Shown: positions 19,532 to 27,870 of the stretch, in pieces | Numbering within the stretch: the first letter of the stretch is position 1 | How the letters are laid out: every line of letters starts with the position of its first letter | Origin: Alphaproteobacteria bacterium | GTDB taxonomy: Bacteria > Pseudomonadota > Alphaproteobacteria > Rs-D84 | Direction: 5' to 3' | NCBI GenBank assembly: GCA_017471445.1 | Contig: JAFUTJ010000008.1 | Span: forward strand, 48,382-112,381 | Length of the DNA: 64,000 bases | The notes under the pieces: model-generated | Databases searched by the model: none | Told to the model about the DNA's origin: nothing | The model's input: only the letters and a program-made list of their open reading frames with translations | Translations under genes and position numbers: made by a program

Positions 19532-20096
19532 TTATTGTTTTGTTATTTTCTTTAAGCTTTTTGCATTGCGACCAGTTATAACCGGTTTGCCTGTTTTGGA
19601 TTCAATTTTCTTTCGGGCATCACCGGCAACGCTTGCCCCCCTCGCGTGCAACACGAATGTTCGCAGATAATCCCTGCGGTTTTTCTTTCTTCGCAATTTC
19701 TGTGGTCGTTACCTCTGCCAGCATATTCAATACCAGTTCCAGGTTGCTCATATTGTCGCGCAGATTTTCTTTGTGTAAACCTTTCAACTTTTTATATTCG
19801 CGACTGTTCATGCCGGCCCAACCTTTATAAATCTCGTCCGTCAAAATAGCATATTCCAGACCTTTCTTGATGCCGCCTTTATCCCATTCGTCAGTCATCA
19901 GTTTGCGGACTTCGATTGTTTTCAACCGTTGATTTATCCAATCCAGCGAATACCCCTTGCGTGCATAGGTTTCCAGCGCACGATTGATAGCCAATTCTGG
20001 GTCTGCGATTTCATCCAATCTTTCAGAACCAACACGTGCCAACCATAACTTAAAAGGTTCTGCTTTCTTGCTGGGGATTGATTGAATAAGGCGCAA
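19532..20096 (-). pseudogene. BRO/antirepressor-like protein fragment (N-terminal domain missing, frameshift at a C6 tract)
   Basis: RLIQSIPSKKAEPFKLWLARVGSERLDEI...NLRDNMSNLELVL resembles the C-terminal region of BRO-N-containing phage proteins. After the C6 run at 19636-19641 the conserved continuation GASVAGDARKKIESKTGKPVIT lies in another frame. Confidence 0.55.
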
Positions 20097-20246
20097 TAAT
20101 TGTTAGGCAGTGGCCACATCTGTTTCGCGCATTTTTCCCGTCTGGCACGACCATTTTCAACTGGTTACAATTTGTGACCGTTTCATTTTTCCTATAGTCA
20201 CAAACACCTAAAATAGCCAGTAAAAAGAAACAACTGGACAAGCAGA

Positions 20247-21116
20247 TTAAATATCACATTTGCCACATCTTGAACAACCATTACAAAGCATTTTATATGC
20301 ACATTGTTCACAATTTTTACCAAAATATGGCTTATACCATTTGGGTTCAAACAATTCTAATGGCGCGGTCAAATTCCATTTAATTTCACGCCCCATAAAT
20401 TGCAGACCAGATTTATATGCCTGTTCGCTTTGCAGACGTTTTGACGGTATATTGTATTCTTTGCCATCTTTGATAAATTTATTACCTGTTTCAATAAAGC
20501 AAAAAGTTGTGTTTGTTGCAACGCAAGAATCATACAGTGATTTTACCCAATCATAATTTAATGGGCGTGCACCATCATAATTTTCGCCACCCGCCAGTAC
20601 TTGTTCTATTTTACCGGTATATAAATATTTTGTAATATAAACCGGCCCAATAAAAGGTGCAACCATTACCCCCATATGCTTAAAAGGCATATTTAGCAAA
20701 ATAGGTATTCGTTCATCCGCCATTTCTTGGTTTTCAGCTGTCACAGATAGCATAACATTTTCATACCCATCACCCCAATCAGATGGCAAATGTTCCGAAA
20801 CTCTTTCAGGTCGTTTAGTCAGTAATTGAAATTTTACATCGGGCCGTTGTTTAATAATGCGCCAGGCCTCATCACGCCATGCATCCGCCGCATCCAGGAA
20901 AAAATCCGATGTCAAACACACCCGCAAAGTTTCGCCACTTTGGATTTTATATGTTCCATCTGCATTTTTATGCAACGGGTAATCAAAGTTATTTTTAACA
21001 CGATAGACTGCCGCACCATCGTGCCCACGTTGTTTATCCAAGAAATACATATAGCAATGCTCACACCCAGGTGATTTCTTGGTGCAACCATGCCAAGGAT
21101 TCCATATATCGTGCAT
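20247..21116 (-). CDS. DUF5131 (phage Gp37/Gp68 family) protein with Cys-rich C-terminal tail
   Basis: MHDIWNPWHGCTKKSPGCEHCYMY is the characteristic Gp37/Gp68 N-terminus. The ATG overlaps the cupin stop (TAATG). C-terminal motif CEQCAYKMLCNGCSRCGKC. Confidence 0.75.
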   Translation of the reverse strand: MHDIWNPWHGCTKKSPGCEHCYMYFLDKQRGHDGAAVYRVKNNFDYPLHKNADGTYKIQSGETLRVCLTSDFFLDAADAWRDEAWRIIKQRPDVKFQLLTKRPERVSEHLPSDWGDGYENVMLSVTAENQEMADERIPILLNMPFKHMGVMVAPFIGPVYITKYLYTGKIEQVLAGGENYDGARPLNYDWVKSLYDSCVATNTTFCFIETGNKFIKDGKEYNIPSKRLQSEQAYKSGLQFMGREIKWNLTAPLELFEPKWYKPYFGKNCEQCAYKMLCNGCSRCGKCDI

Positions 21117-21493
21117 TAACAAACCTCTGCATCGCCAAAGGCAAATTGTGTTAATGAATTTTCTTTTGCCTGGACACAAATATATTGCATTTCGGTTGCA
21201 CCAGTGTTTTCCATTGCGCGTTTTGCACCGGTTGCAACACGAATAGCCGTCCCAGGTTTAATTTCAATCGTTTCATTATCAATTGTAAATGTACCATTAC
21301 CACTTAAAAAGATATAGATTTCTTCGTTTTGTTTGTGCACATGATTAAATGGCGATTTTGCCCCAGATGGCATAACACTAATTGATATTTCTGCCGATGT
21401 TAACCCAAGTGCATCGTGTAAAAACGCTTTGCCGTATTCTGTTTTTGCTATATCAGCCCAAGTTCCAAATTGTGTTGTTGAATATTTTGACAT
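21116..21493 (-). CDS. cupin-domain protein
   Basis: 125 aa. HVHKQNEEIYIFLSGNGTF...IRVATGAKRAMEN matches the two cupin motifs. Confidence 0.75.
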   Translation of the reverse strand: MSKYSTTQFGTWADIAKTEYGKAFLHDALGLTSAEISISVMPSGAKSPFNHVHKQNEEIYIFLSGNGTFTIDNETIEIKPGTAIRVATGAKRAMENTGATEMQYICVQAKENSLTQFAFGDAEVC

Positions 21494-21616
21494 AACATTC
21501 TCCTTTATTTTTATGCATGTTTATTTTATACTGTTATAAACAATTTGTAAAGTAGGCACAATTTTATAACATAGTATTATAAAAGATACCATTGGCAGAA
21601 ATAAAGGGGAAAACAC

Positions 21617-21937
21617 ATGAAAAAAAATGAATTACCGGAATGCCCTGTGGCAACTTTGTTGATGTTAATTGGCACAAAATGGAAAGTTTTAATTGTTCGT
21701 GATTTATTAACTGGCACAAAAAGGTTCGGTGAATTACAACGCAGTGTTGGGTGTAGTCAAAAGGTTCTAACCGATAATTTGCGCGAATTAGAAACCAATG
21801 GATTGATATCCAGAAAAGTTTATGCAGAGATTCCGCCACGTGTTGAATACAGCATGACAAAGTTGGGCACTACATTAGAACCCGTGTTGGACGCTATGGC
21901 AACATGGGGCAATAATTATAAGAAAAATCTTAAATAG
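21617..21937 (+). CDS. HxlR-family transcriptional regulator
   Basis: CPVATLLMLIGTKWKVLIVRDL...LRELETNGLISRKVYAEIPPRVEYSMTKLG. Confidence 0.9.
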   Translation: MKKNELPECPVATLLMLIGTKWKVLIVRDLLTGTKRFGELQRSVGCSQKVLTDNLRELETNGLISRKVYAEIPPRVEYSMTKLGTTLEPVLDAMATWGNNYKKNLK

Positions 21938-21951
21938 TGCCGATTTTTTCC

Positions 21952-22130
21952 CGAACAAATAACTGGACTTTTTACAAAAATTCAAGACAAATACAACAAC
22001 CCCAAAAGTATTGTCCATGAAATACACTCATTTTGACGATATTTACCCCAACCATCGAACAGATTTTGTGATGCTGTACTTTAGCCTCCAGGCGATTTTT
22101 ACAAGGACCACTGGCCGCATCAATTGTGGT
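21952..22130 (+). repeat. truncated diverged copy (A) of the 5' region + upstream leader of the gene at 51040
   Basis: Alignable by eye with 50975-51161: cgaaNaaataactggactttt...atgaaataNacNcattttgacgatatttNccccaacc... It encodes MKYTHFDDIYPNHRTDFVMLYF and ends at the G14 tract. Confidence 0.75.
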
Positions 22131-22144
22131 GGGGGGGGGGGGGG
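22131..22144. repeat. G14 homopolymer tract
   Basis: Counted directly: 14 consecutive G between ...caattgtggt and ctgccgg. It sits at the junction of two gene fragments. Confidence 0.95.
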
Positions 22145-22501
22145 CTGCCGGATGTGGCAAATGGGATTATCGTTTTTCCACTAAAATCATATGATTCCAG
22201 AAATGTATCAACAATTGATGGTTCGCGCCCCCACCAAATTGGAAACCCGACAAACACCATATTGTATTTATCCATATTTTCCACATGCGATGCAATTTCT
22301 GGCCGCGACGATAAATCTTTCATTTCAACAGATGCACGACTGGTATCGTCACGCCAATTTAAATCGTCAGCAGAATACGCAACCGTTGGCTAAACTTCAA
22401 ATATATCCGCCCCCAATTGCATTGGCCAGGTTATGTGCCACCCCATGGTATTGCCGGTTGCACTAAAATACGTCACCAAGATATTGGTGTTTTTTGCCTC
22501 A
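22145..22501 (-). pseudogene. flavodoxin-like protein, degraded (in-frame stop, frameshifts, 3' truncation at the poly-G/C tract)
   Basis: Minus-strand pieces read ILVTYFSATGNT, ...LGADIFEV*PTVAYSADDLNWRDDTSR..., ...YNMVFVGFPIWWGREPSIVDTFLESYDFSGKTIIPFATSGS, then run into poly-C. The flavodoxin motifs are spread over several frames. Confidence 0.65.
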
Positions 22502-22524
22502 TATTTTCCACTTTTTGTTTTGTG

Positions 22525-23547
22525 TTAATGCAGATATATTTTAAAGAATTGTTCCAATTTATCAAATGGTATTACGGCCATATTGTCATATAAATCAACA
22601 TGACTTGCGCCTGGGATAATCATCAATTCTTTATTGTCACCGGTCAGTTTGGCAAATGCACCTTCGCTAAAATAACGACTATGTGCTTTTTCGCCATGTA
22701 TCAGCAACACAGGACTGCGAATTTCGCTGGCATACTGTAAAATCGGCATGTTGATAAATGATAAAGAACTGGTTTTATTCCAACCGTTATTTGAATTCAA
22801 CGACCGTCTGTGATACCCACGTGGCGTTTTGTAATACGCATAATAATCTTTGATAAATTGCGGCGCGTCGGCCGGCAGTGGGTCAACAACCCCACCGGCC
22901 AATTCGTATTTGCCGTTTTTATAATCAATTGTTCTTTGATTATTTAGCGCCACTTTGGTCGCATATCTGGCATATGCATTGTTGTCAACATCGTTATATC
23001 CATTTGCAGAAACACGCGTCATATCATACATTGTTGAGGCAACCGTAGCCTTGATTCTAGTATCCATCGCGGCAACGTTTATTGCCATTCCACCCAAGCC
23101 ACAAATTCCAATTATTCCTATTTTTTCTGCATCAACATCTTTGCGATTTGATAGATAATCAACAGCGGCAGAAAAATCCTCTGTATTTATATCCGGCGAG
23201 GCAACATAGCGTACATTACCGCCACTTTCACCCGTAAAGGACGGATCAAAAGCCAATGTAATAAAACCACGCGATGCCATTTCTTGAGCGTACAGTCCGG
23301 ACGATTGTTCTTTGACGGCGCCAAATGGCCCAGACACCGCGATTGCCGGCATGCTATCTGACGGTTTGTATTTTGGCATATACAAATCGCCAACCAATTC
23401 AATTCCATAACGATTTTTAAAATGAACTTTCTGGGTTAAAACATCGGGATTTTTTGGAAAAACCTTGTCCCACCTGTTACATGGTACCAGGATATAGCCC
23501 AATATACCACAAATTACAAGCAACAATATCACGATTATTAATCTCAT
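22525..23547 (-). CDS. alpha/beta-fold hydrolase with N-terminal membrane anchor
   Basis: 340 aa. The nucleophile-elbow-like GICGLGG and the overall pattern are typical of alpha/beta hydrolases. Confidence 0.7.
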   Translation of the reverse strand: MRLIIVILLLVICGILGYILVPCNRWDKVFPKNPDVLTQKVHFKNRYGIELVGDLYMPKYKPSDSMPAIAVSGPFGAVKEQSSGLYAQEMASRGFITLAFDPSFTGESGGNVRYVASPDINTEDFSAAVDYLSNRKDVDAEKIGIIGICGLGGMAINVAAMDTRIKATVASTMYDMTRVSANGYNDVDNNAYARYATKVALNNQRTIDYKNGKYELAGGVVDPLPADAPQFIKDYYAYYKTPRGYHRRSLNSNNGWNKTSSLSFINMPILQYASEIRSPVLLIHGEKAHSRYFSEGAFAKLTGDNKELMIIPGASHVDLYDNMAVIPFDKLEQFFKIYLH

Positions 23548-23726
23548 ATTTTTCTCCTTGCGCTGACTATTATAATGGACAACATAACAGCTTGTACTTT
23601 AATGTGCAAGGGGTTTTCATTTTTAGGAATAACAGCATAAGAAATCCTTCTTATTACAAGGCGTTGGGTATTTTGTCATTATCATTCAGGTGCACAACTA
23701 AATTAAGGAGAGAGAAAATATTAACT

Positions 23727-24020
23727 GTGTACAATACCACAATGTAGAACACTATCAATAACATAGCGGCAGAAAATAATATATCTAAATCAAATTTGGC
23801 CAAAATATGCGGCCTGGACGCAACTTGTTTTACCCCCCCCCCAGCAAGCAACAAATATGGTCAAGCACATTGGTTATCAATGGGCACAATTGCAAAAATA
23901 TCTATCATAACCGGCATCAGCCCAATAGAGTTTGCACACATATTTACCGCATCTTTGAATCAAGAACTGAAGAAACATAATTTGACACCTGGGGCCGTAA
24001 TGGCCAACGATAGGAAATAA
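23727..24020 (+). pseudogene. phage-repressor-type HTH protein remnant (in-frame TAG at 23745; contains a C10 tract)
   Basis: The reading ...NISKSNLAKICGLDATCFT-PPP-...HWLSMGTIAKISIITGISPIEFAHIF resembles the N-terminal HTH of S24-repressor-like regulators. ATG-TAG lies at 23742-23747 in the same frame, and the S24 part is absent. Confidence 0.45.
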
Positions 24021-24316
24021 ACCACTGCGGTCAAAGATATTTTATTTGTCCTATAAGCTTTAAGCTTACCTATGGGACAGTTCGGCTGATTATGTTGTTC
24101 TGATTGGTCCCATGTCGGACCAACCATGCATGGCCACTCCGCCGTATACAGCATAAAATATCACAAATGGCAGCTTTGTGGAAAAATTATAGCAATTAAC
24201 AGACAACTCTTATTTAGACCTTTATCTATATCCTTTCGTGCTTGTACTAAACCTTGAATTTTTTCATATTTGTGCTAGTATTCATCAAGATGTAAAACTC
24301 GCCAAGGAGCACCAAT

Positions 24317-26335
24317 ATGGAATTAAAGTTAAACAGTCTTTATAACTATGCTTTGTTATCTGCATTAAAGGGTCTTTCTGAAGGAAATTTCACTAAAATA
24401 TTCACTCTGTTTGCACGCCCAATTATTGCCGACATGGGAAAAGGAGAAGTATTTAATTCTCATAAATTTCTTGAGCAGATGAAGTTAAAATATGGTATAG
24501 ACTGGAACGACAATATAATAGCAAGTATCATGCCATATTTGGACCGTTCTGACCTTATACACCAACACCAAATAAACAAAAAAGAGATTTATCTCTGTAA
24601 TGCGGAACCTATTGATAATAACAATAATGAAATAAATCTCAAAATCCAGGAACTGTTAAATAATTTTAAAGCCTTTTTGACACAACACCCCTCTCTTACA
24701 TTCTCATATAAAACGGATGAGGACTTATTAAATATCTTAACTGATTATTTGTCCAAAACAAATTGGATTTCTCCGGAAAGCGCCAACCACCCCACCAAAA
24801 TGGAAGGCTTGTATCATTCAGATGAGGATTATGTGTGTGCAAGATTTATATTTTCCATTGCAAAATCAGAATCCATAACTTTTTTATCGGAATTATCCAG
24901 TAATATCAAACTTGGTGCTTTATTGCAGGACTTTTCTATACCCCAAGGGGAAAAGAAGAGATTTGATAACCAAAGAATTTTTCTAGATAACACCCTATTA
25001 TTATCTTATCTTGGATTGTGTGGCTTAATAGAAGAAAAGAACGCAAAATCGTTAATTGATTTACTGAAAGATAACGACGCACAAATCTGTGTTTATTCCC
25101 ACACCTGTGATGAAGCTGTTAACGCATTAAAAAGCTTAGCATCACATAAAGAAACAGAACGATTTGGACTAACATGGAACGCCATAAACAACGGTGAGGT
25201 TACAGAAGATTTTATTGATTATGTAATACGTAATTTTGAAACAATATTAGATAAAAACAATATAACCATTATTGAAACAGAAAGCAAAGCATCAACCCCC
25301 AATTTTGGCTCAATTTTTAGTGAGCTATCTTTTCTAGAAAACAAACCACTAGCACGCGAACGCGATACTCTGTCAGTTTTATATATGATTCACGAACAAA
25401 AACTAGAACGAAAAAGCGATGTATTAAATTTAAAAAACATTTTTATTACAACAAACCCGAAGTTAGTGTCTGCAGTTAAGAGATACATGGAAGAAGGTGA
25501 TAGTACGGGATACAATACGGAAATTTACGCAAACCCATTCATTGTATCTAGCAAAATGGAATTTCTATTGTGGTTAATTTATGGTAACAATGACAAAGAA
25601 GCTGCACATATACCAATGATGCAATTGATTTGTAGCGCGGATAAGGTTCGTCGTTTAAAACCAGAAATCTTTCAAATGGTACAAACAAAAATTGGTTTAC
25701 TTGCAAATCAGGACTCTTCAAAATTAAAAGCTATGCTTGAGGAACCACGTTATAAACAGGCTTTAGCCGACATGACAATGAATAATACAAATATTGCCAA
25801 TAAAATGACCACCAAAGAAATTATTGATGCGCTAGAAAAAGAAAACAAGAAAGAAATCATAGCATTAAAAGCAAAACAAGCTAAGGAAATGAAATGCAAA
25901 GATAAAGAAATATCAACCCTTAAGCAGATTTTGTTGAACCAAGAAATTGAAAAAGAGGCAAGAATCAACAGAATAATGACTAACACGTCTGAAAGGAAAC
26001 AACGACACTTTAAAAAATTTGTTTCTTGGACACTTATTGTATTAACCATCGTGTCTATCGTTCTATCCGTATGGCCGAGCATTCTGTCTATTTGGCCAAT
26101 AGCAACATGGTGTTCTTCTGTAGTTTTATTTGTATTGTATATAATAACACAGTTTTCCCCAAAAGACTGGTTAATAAAAAAGTTTGGTAAGTACGGTATA
26201 AAAAGGGCTATTATTAAAAAAATCAATAAAGAAAACTTGAGTGATATATTAAATCAGCTTGAAAAACAACAACGGGTTGATTGGGATAATTATAGAATAC
26301 GAGATAAAGAGTCTTTGCTTACTGTTAATTCATAA
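24317..26335 (+). CDS. large hypothetical protein (672 aa) with C-terminal coiled coil and two TM helices
   Basis: RBS AAGGAG before the ATG. Very AT-rich. C-terminal FVSWTLIVLTIVSIVLSVW...IATWCSSVVLFVLYIITQF. Weak PIN-like strand motifs (RIFLDNTLLL, NIFITTNPKL). No confident family. Confidence 0.65.
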   Translation: MELKLNSLYNYALLSALKGLSEGNFTKIFTLFARPIIADMGKGEVFNSHKFLEQMKLKYGIDWNDNIIASIMPYLDRSDLIHQHQINKKEIYLCNAEPIDNNNNEINLKIQELLNNFKAFLTQHPSLTFSYKTDEDLLNILTDYLSKTNWISPESANHPTKMEGLYHSDEDYVCARFIFSIAKSESITFLSELSSNIKLGALLQDFSIPQGEKKRFDNQRIFLDNTLLLSYLGLCGLIEEKNAKSLIDLLKDNDAQICVYSHTCDEAVNALKSLASHKETERFGLTWNAINNGEVTEDFIDYVIRNFETILDKNNITIIETESKASTPNFGSIFSELSFLENKPLARERDTLSVLYMIHEQKLERKSDVLNLKNIFITTNPKLVSAVKRYMEEGDSTGYNTEIYANPFIVSSKMEFLLWLIYGNNDKEAAHIPMMQLICSADKVRRLKPEIFQMVQTKIGLLANQDSSKLKAMLEEPRYKQALADMTMNNTNIANKMTTKEIIDALEKENKKEIIALKAKQAKEMKCKDKEISTLKQILLNQEIEKEARINRIMTNTSERKQRHFKKFVSWTLIVLTIVSIVLSVWPSILSIWPIATWCSSVVLFVLYIITQFSPKDWLIKKFGKYGIKRAIIKKINKENLSDILNQLEKQQRVDWDNYRIRDKESLLTVNS

Positions 26336-26497
26336 TATTTTTTCAAATTTATAACTAAATTTTATAATCCATAAAATTCTGTAATTTTATTATATTGATG
26401 TAAATAATGCCACTTTGTTCATAGAATAAAGTGGTGTTATTTACTTGAATAACACGAAATATACGGCATATAGAACAACGAACCAAAGGAGTTTATT

Positions 26498-27118
26498 GTG
26501 ATATATGGTTATATTCGAGTTTCCCCCGACAAACAGGACTGTGAAAATCAAAAATTGGGTATTGAATCCAAAGCCAGCGCATTGGGCCTTAGTATTGATA
26601 AATACATTGAAGATGCGTGCATATCCGGCACCAAAGAACCAGAACAACGTGCCCTGGATGGCATGTTACGCAAATTAAACCCGGGAGATGTTATAATTTG
26701 TAGCGAACTTTCCCGTCTGGGGCGAAAAATGTTCATGATTATGCGAATACTGGAACATTGTATGAAAATCGGTGCACGGCTTTATACGGTCAAAGATGGC
26801 TATGAGTTGGACGACACGATACAATCCAAAGTTTTGGCAATTGCATTTGGTCTGTCCGCCGAGATTGAACGCAACCTTATTGCACAGCGCACCAAAGAAG
26901 CAATGGCGAAATTGCGTATTCAAGGCATTAAATTGGGACGACCTTGTGGTCAAAAAAACACGTGCCATATCATTGATGGACATGAAAGTTTGATTTTAGA
27001 TATGTATTCAGCGGGGGGGCTAAACGTAAAATTGCCAGAACTATTAGGGTCAGTCCGCCCACAATTTCGCGATTTCTTGAATCACAAAAAGGAACCCTTT
27101 ATTGTTCCAAAATTGTAA
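26498..27118 (+). CDS. small serine recombinase (resolvase/invertase family); C-terminal HTH out of frame after a G7 tract
   Basis: MIYGYIRVSPDKQ (catalytic Ser), SRLGR, and AEIERNLIAQRTKEAMA. After G7 (27013-27019) the alternative frame reads AKRKIARTIRVSPPTISRFLES, a typical resolvase HTH. Confidence 0.85.
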   Translation: MIYGYIRVSPDKQDCENQKLGIESKASALGLSIDKYIEDACISGTKEPEQRALDGMLRKLNPGDVIICSELSRLGRKMFMIMRILEHCMKIGARLYTVKDGYELDDTIQSKVLAIAFGLSAEIERNLIAQRTKEAMAKLRIQGIKLGRPCGQKNTCHIIDGHESLILDMYSAGGLNVKLPELLGSVRPQFRDFLNHKKEPFIVPKL

Positions 27119-27186
27119 AATAAAAAAGCCCCAAAATCAACTGTTTTCAAAAGACAAATTTCTATAACAGCAATCCCTTCCTATAA

Positions 27187-27870
27187 ATGTTTCATTCTGG
27201 CAAAAAGGATTGCAATTCAACCAAACAGACTGTTTCCAAACAACGTGTAGCAGATCACGGCGAGGTTTTTACCGCCCCGCGCGAGGTTAATGCCATGCTT
27301 GACCTGGTCAAACAGGAAACCCAGCGCATAGACAGCCGTTTTTTGGAGCCCGCTTGTGGTAAGGGTGCTTTCCTGACCGAAATACTACATCGTAAACTGG
27401 CAATTGTCAGTGAACGTTACCATCGCAGTTCCGCCGAATATGAACGTTATGCGATATTGGCAGTTGCCAGCATTTATGGAATCGACCTGTTGCCAGATAA
27501 TGTTGCCGATTGTCGTGCTTTATTGCTGGGGATTTGCATTGAAAATTACGCCGGTGCATGTAAATGCAAATGCGATTGTATCTCAACAGACTTCGTTGAA
27601 ACCATACGTTTTATTTTAAGTAAAAACATTGTTCTGGGTAATGCATTAACCCTTAAATATGCAGAAGGTACTGATAAACCAATCGTTTTTTCAGAATGGT
27701 CAATGGTCTTGGGTAAATTTAAACGCCGTGACTATTATTTTGACCATTTAGTTAACCCTGAATTTAACGGGATTTTTGATAGTTCAGACACAGGCGAAGG
27801 TAACTGGTCGCCTGTTTCTGTACGCGAATTTCCACCAACTGATTACAAAAGGTTGAAAGATGCAGAATAA
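27187..27870 (+). CDS. DNA methyltransferase-like protein (N-terminal SAM-binding region only)
   Basis: HGEVFTAPREVNAMLDLV and FLEPACGKGAFL (motif X/I of N6-adenine MTases). No NPPY-type motif seen. Overlaps the next ORF by 11 nt. Confidence 0.55.
   Translation: MFHSGKKDCNSTKQTVSKQRVADHGEVFTAPREVNAMLDLVKQETQRIDSRFLEPACGKGAFLTEILHRKLAIVSERYHRSSAEYERYAILAVASIYGIDLLPDNVADCRALLLGICIENYAGACKCKCDCISTDFVETIRFILSKNIVLGNALTLKYAEGTDKPIVFSEWSMVLGKFKRRDYYFDHLVNPEFNGIFDSSDTGEGNWSPVSVREFPPTDYKRLKDAE

Noticed and set aside
16796-21179. An intact prophage or a T6SS locus (MuF motif, Tlde1 domain, BRO-like gene, Gp37/Gp68 gene)
   Set aside because: The window contains no capsid, terminase, tail or portal genes and no Hcp, VgrG, PAAR or TssB/C genes. 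These are isolated phage-derived or effector-type genes.
22131-22144. G14 tract as a functional phase-variation switch of a gene
   Set aside because: Both sequences it joins are already non-functional fragments (a truncated paralogue on the plus strand, a multiply broken flavodoxin on the minus strand). An ON/OFF role is therefore unlikely, and a junction scar or an assembly artefact is more plausible.
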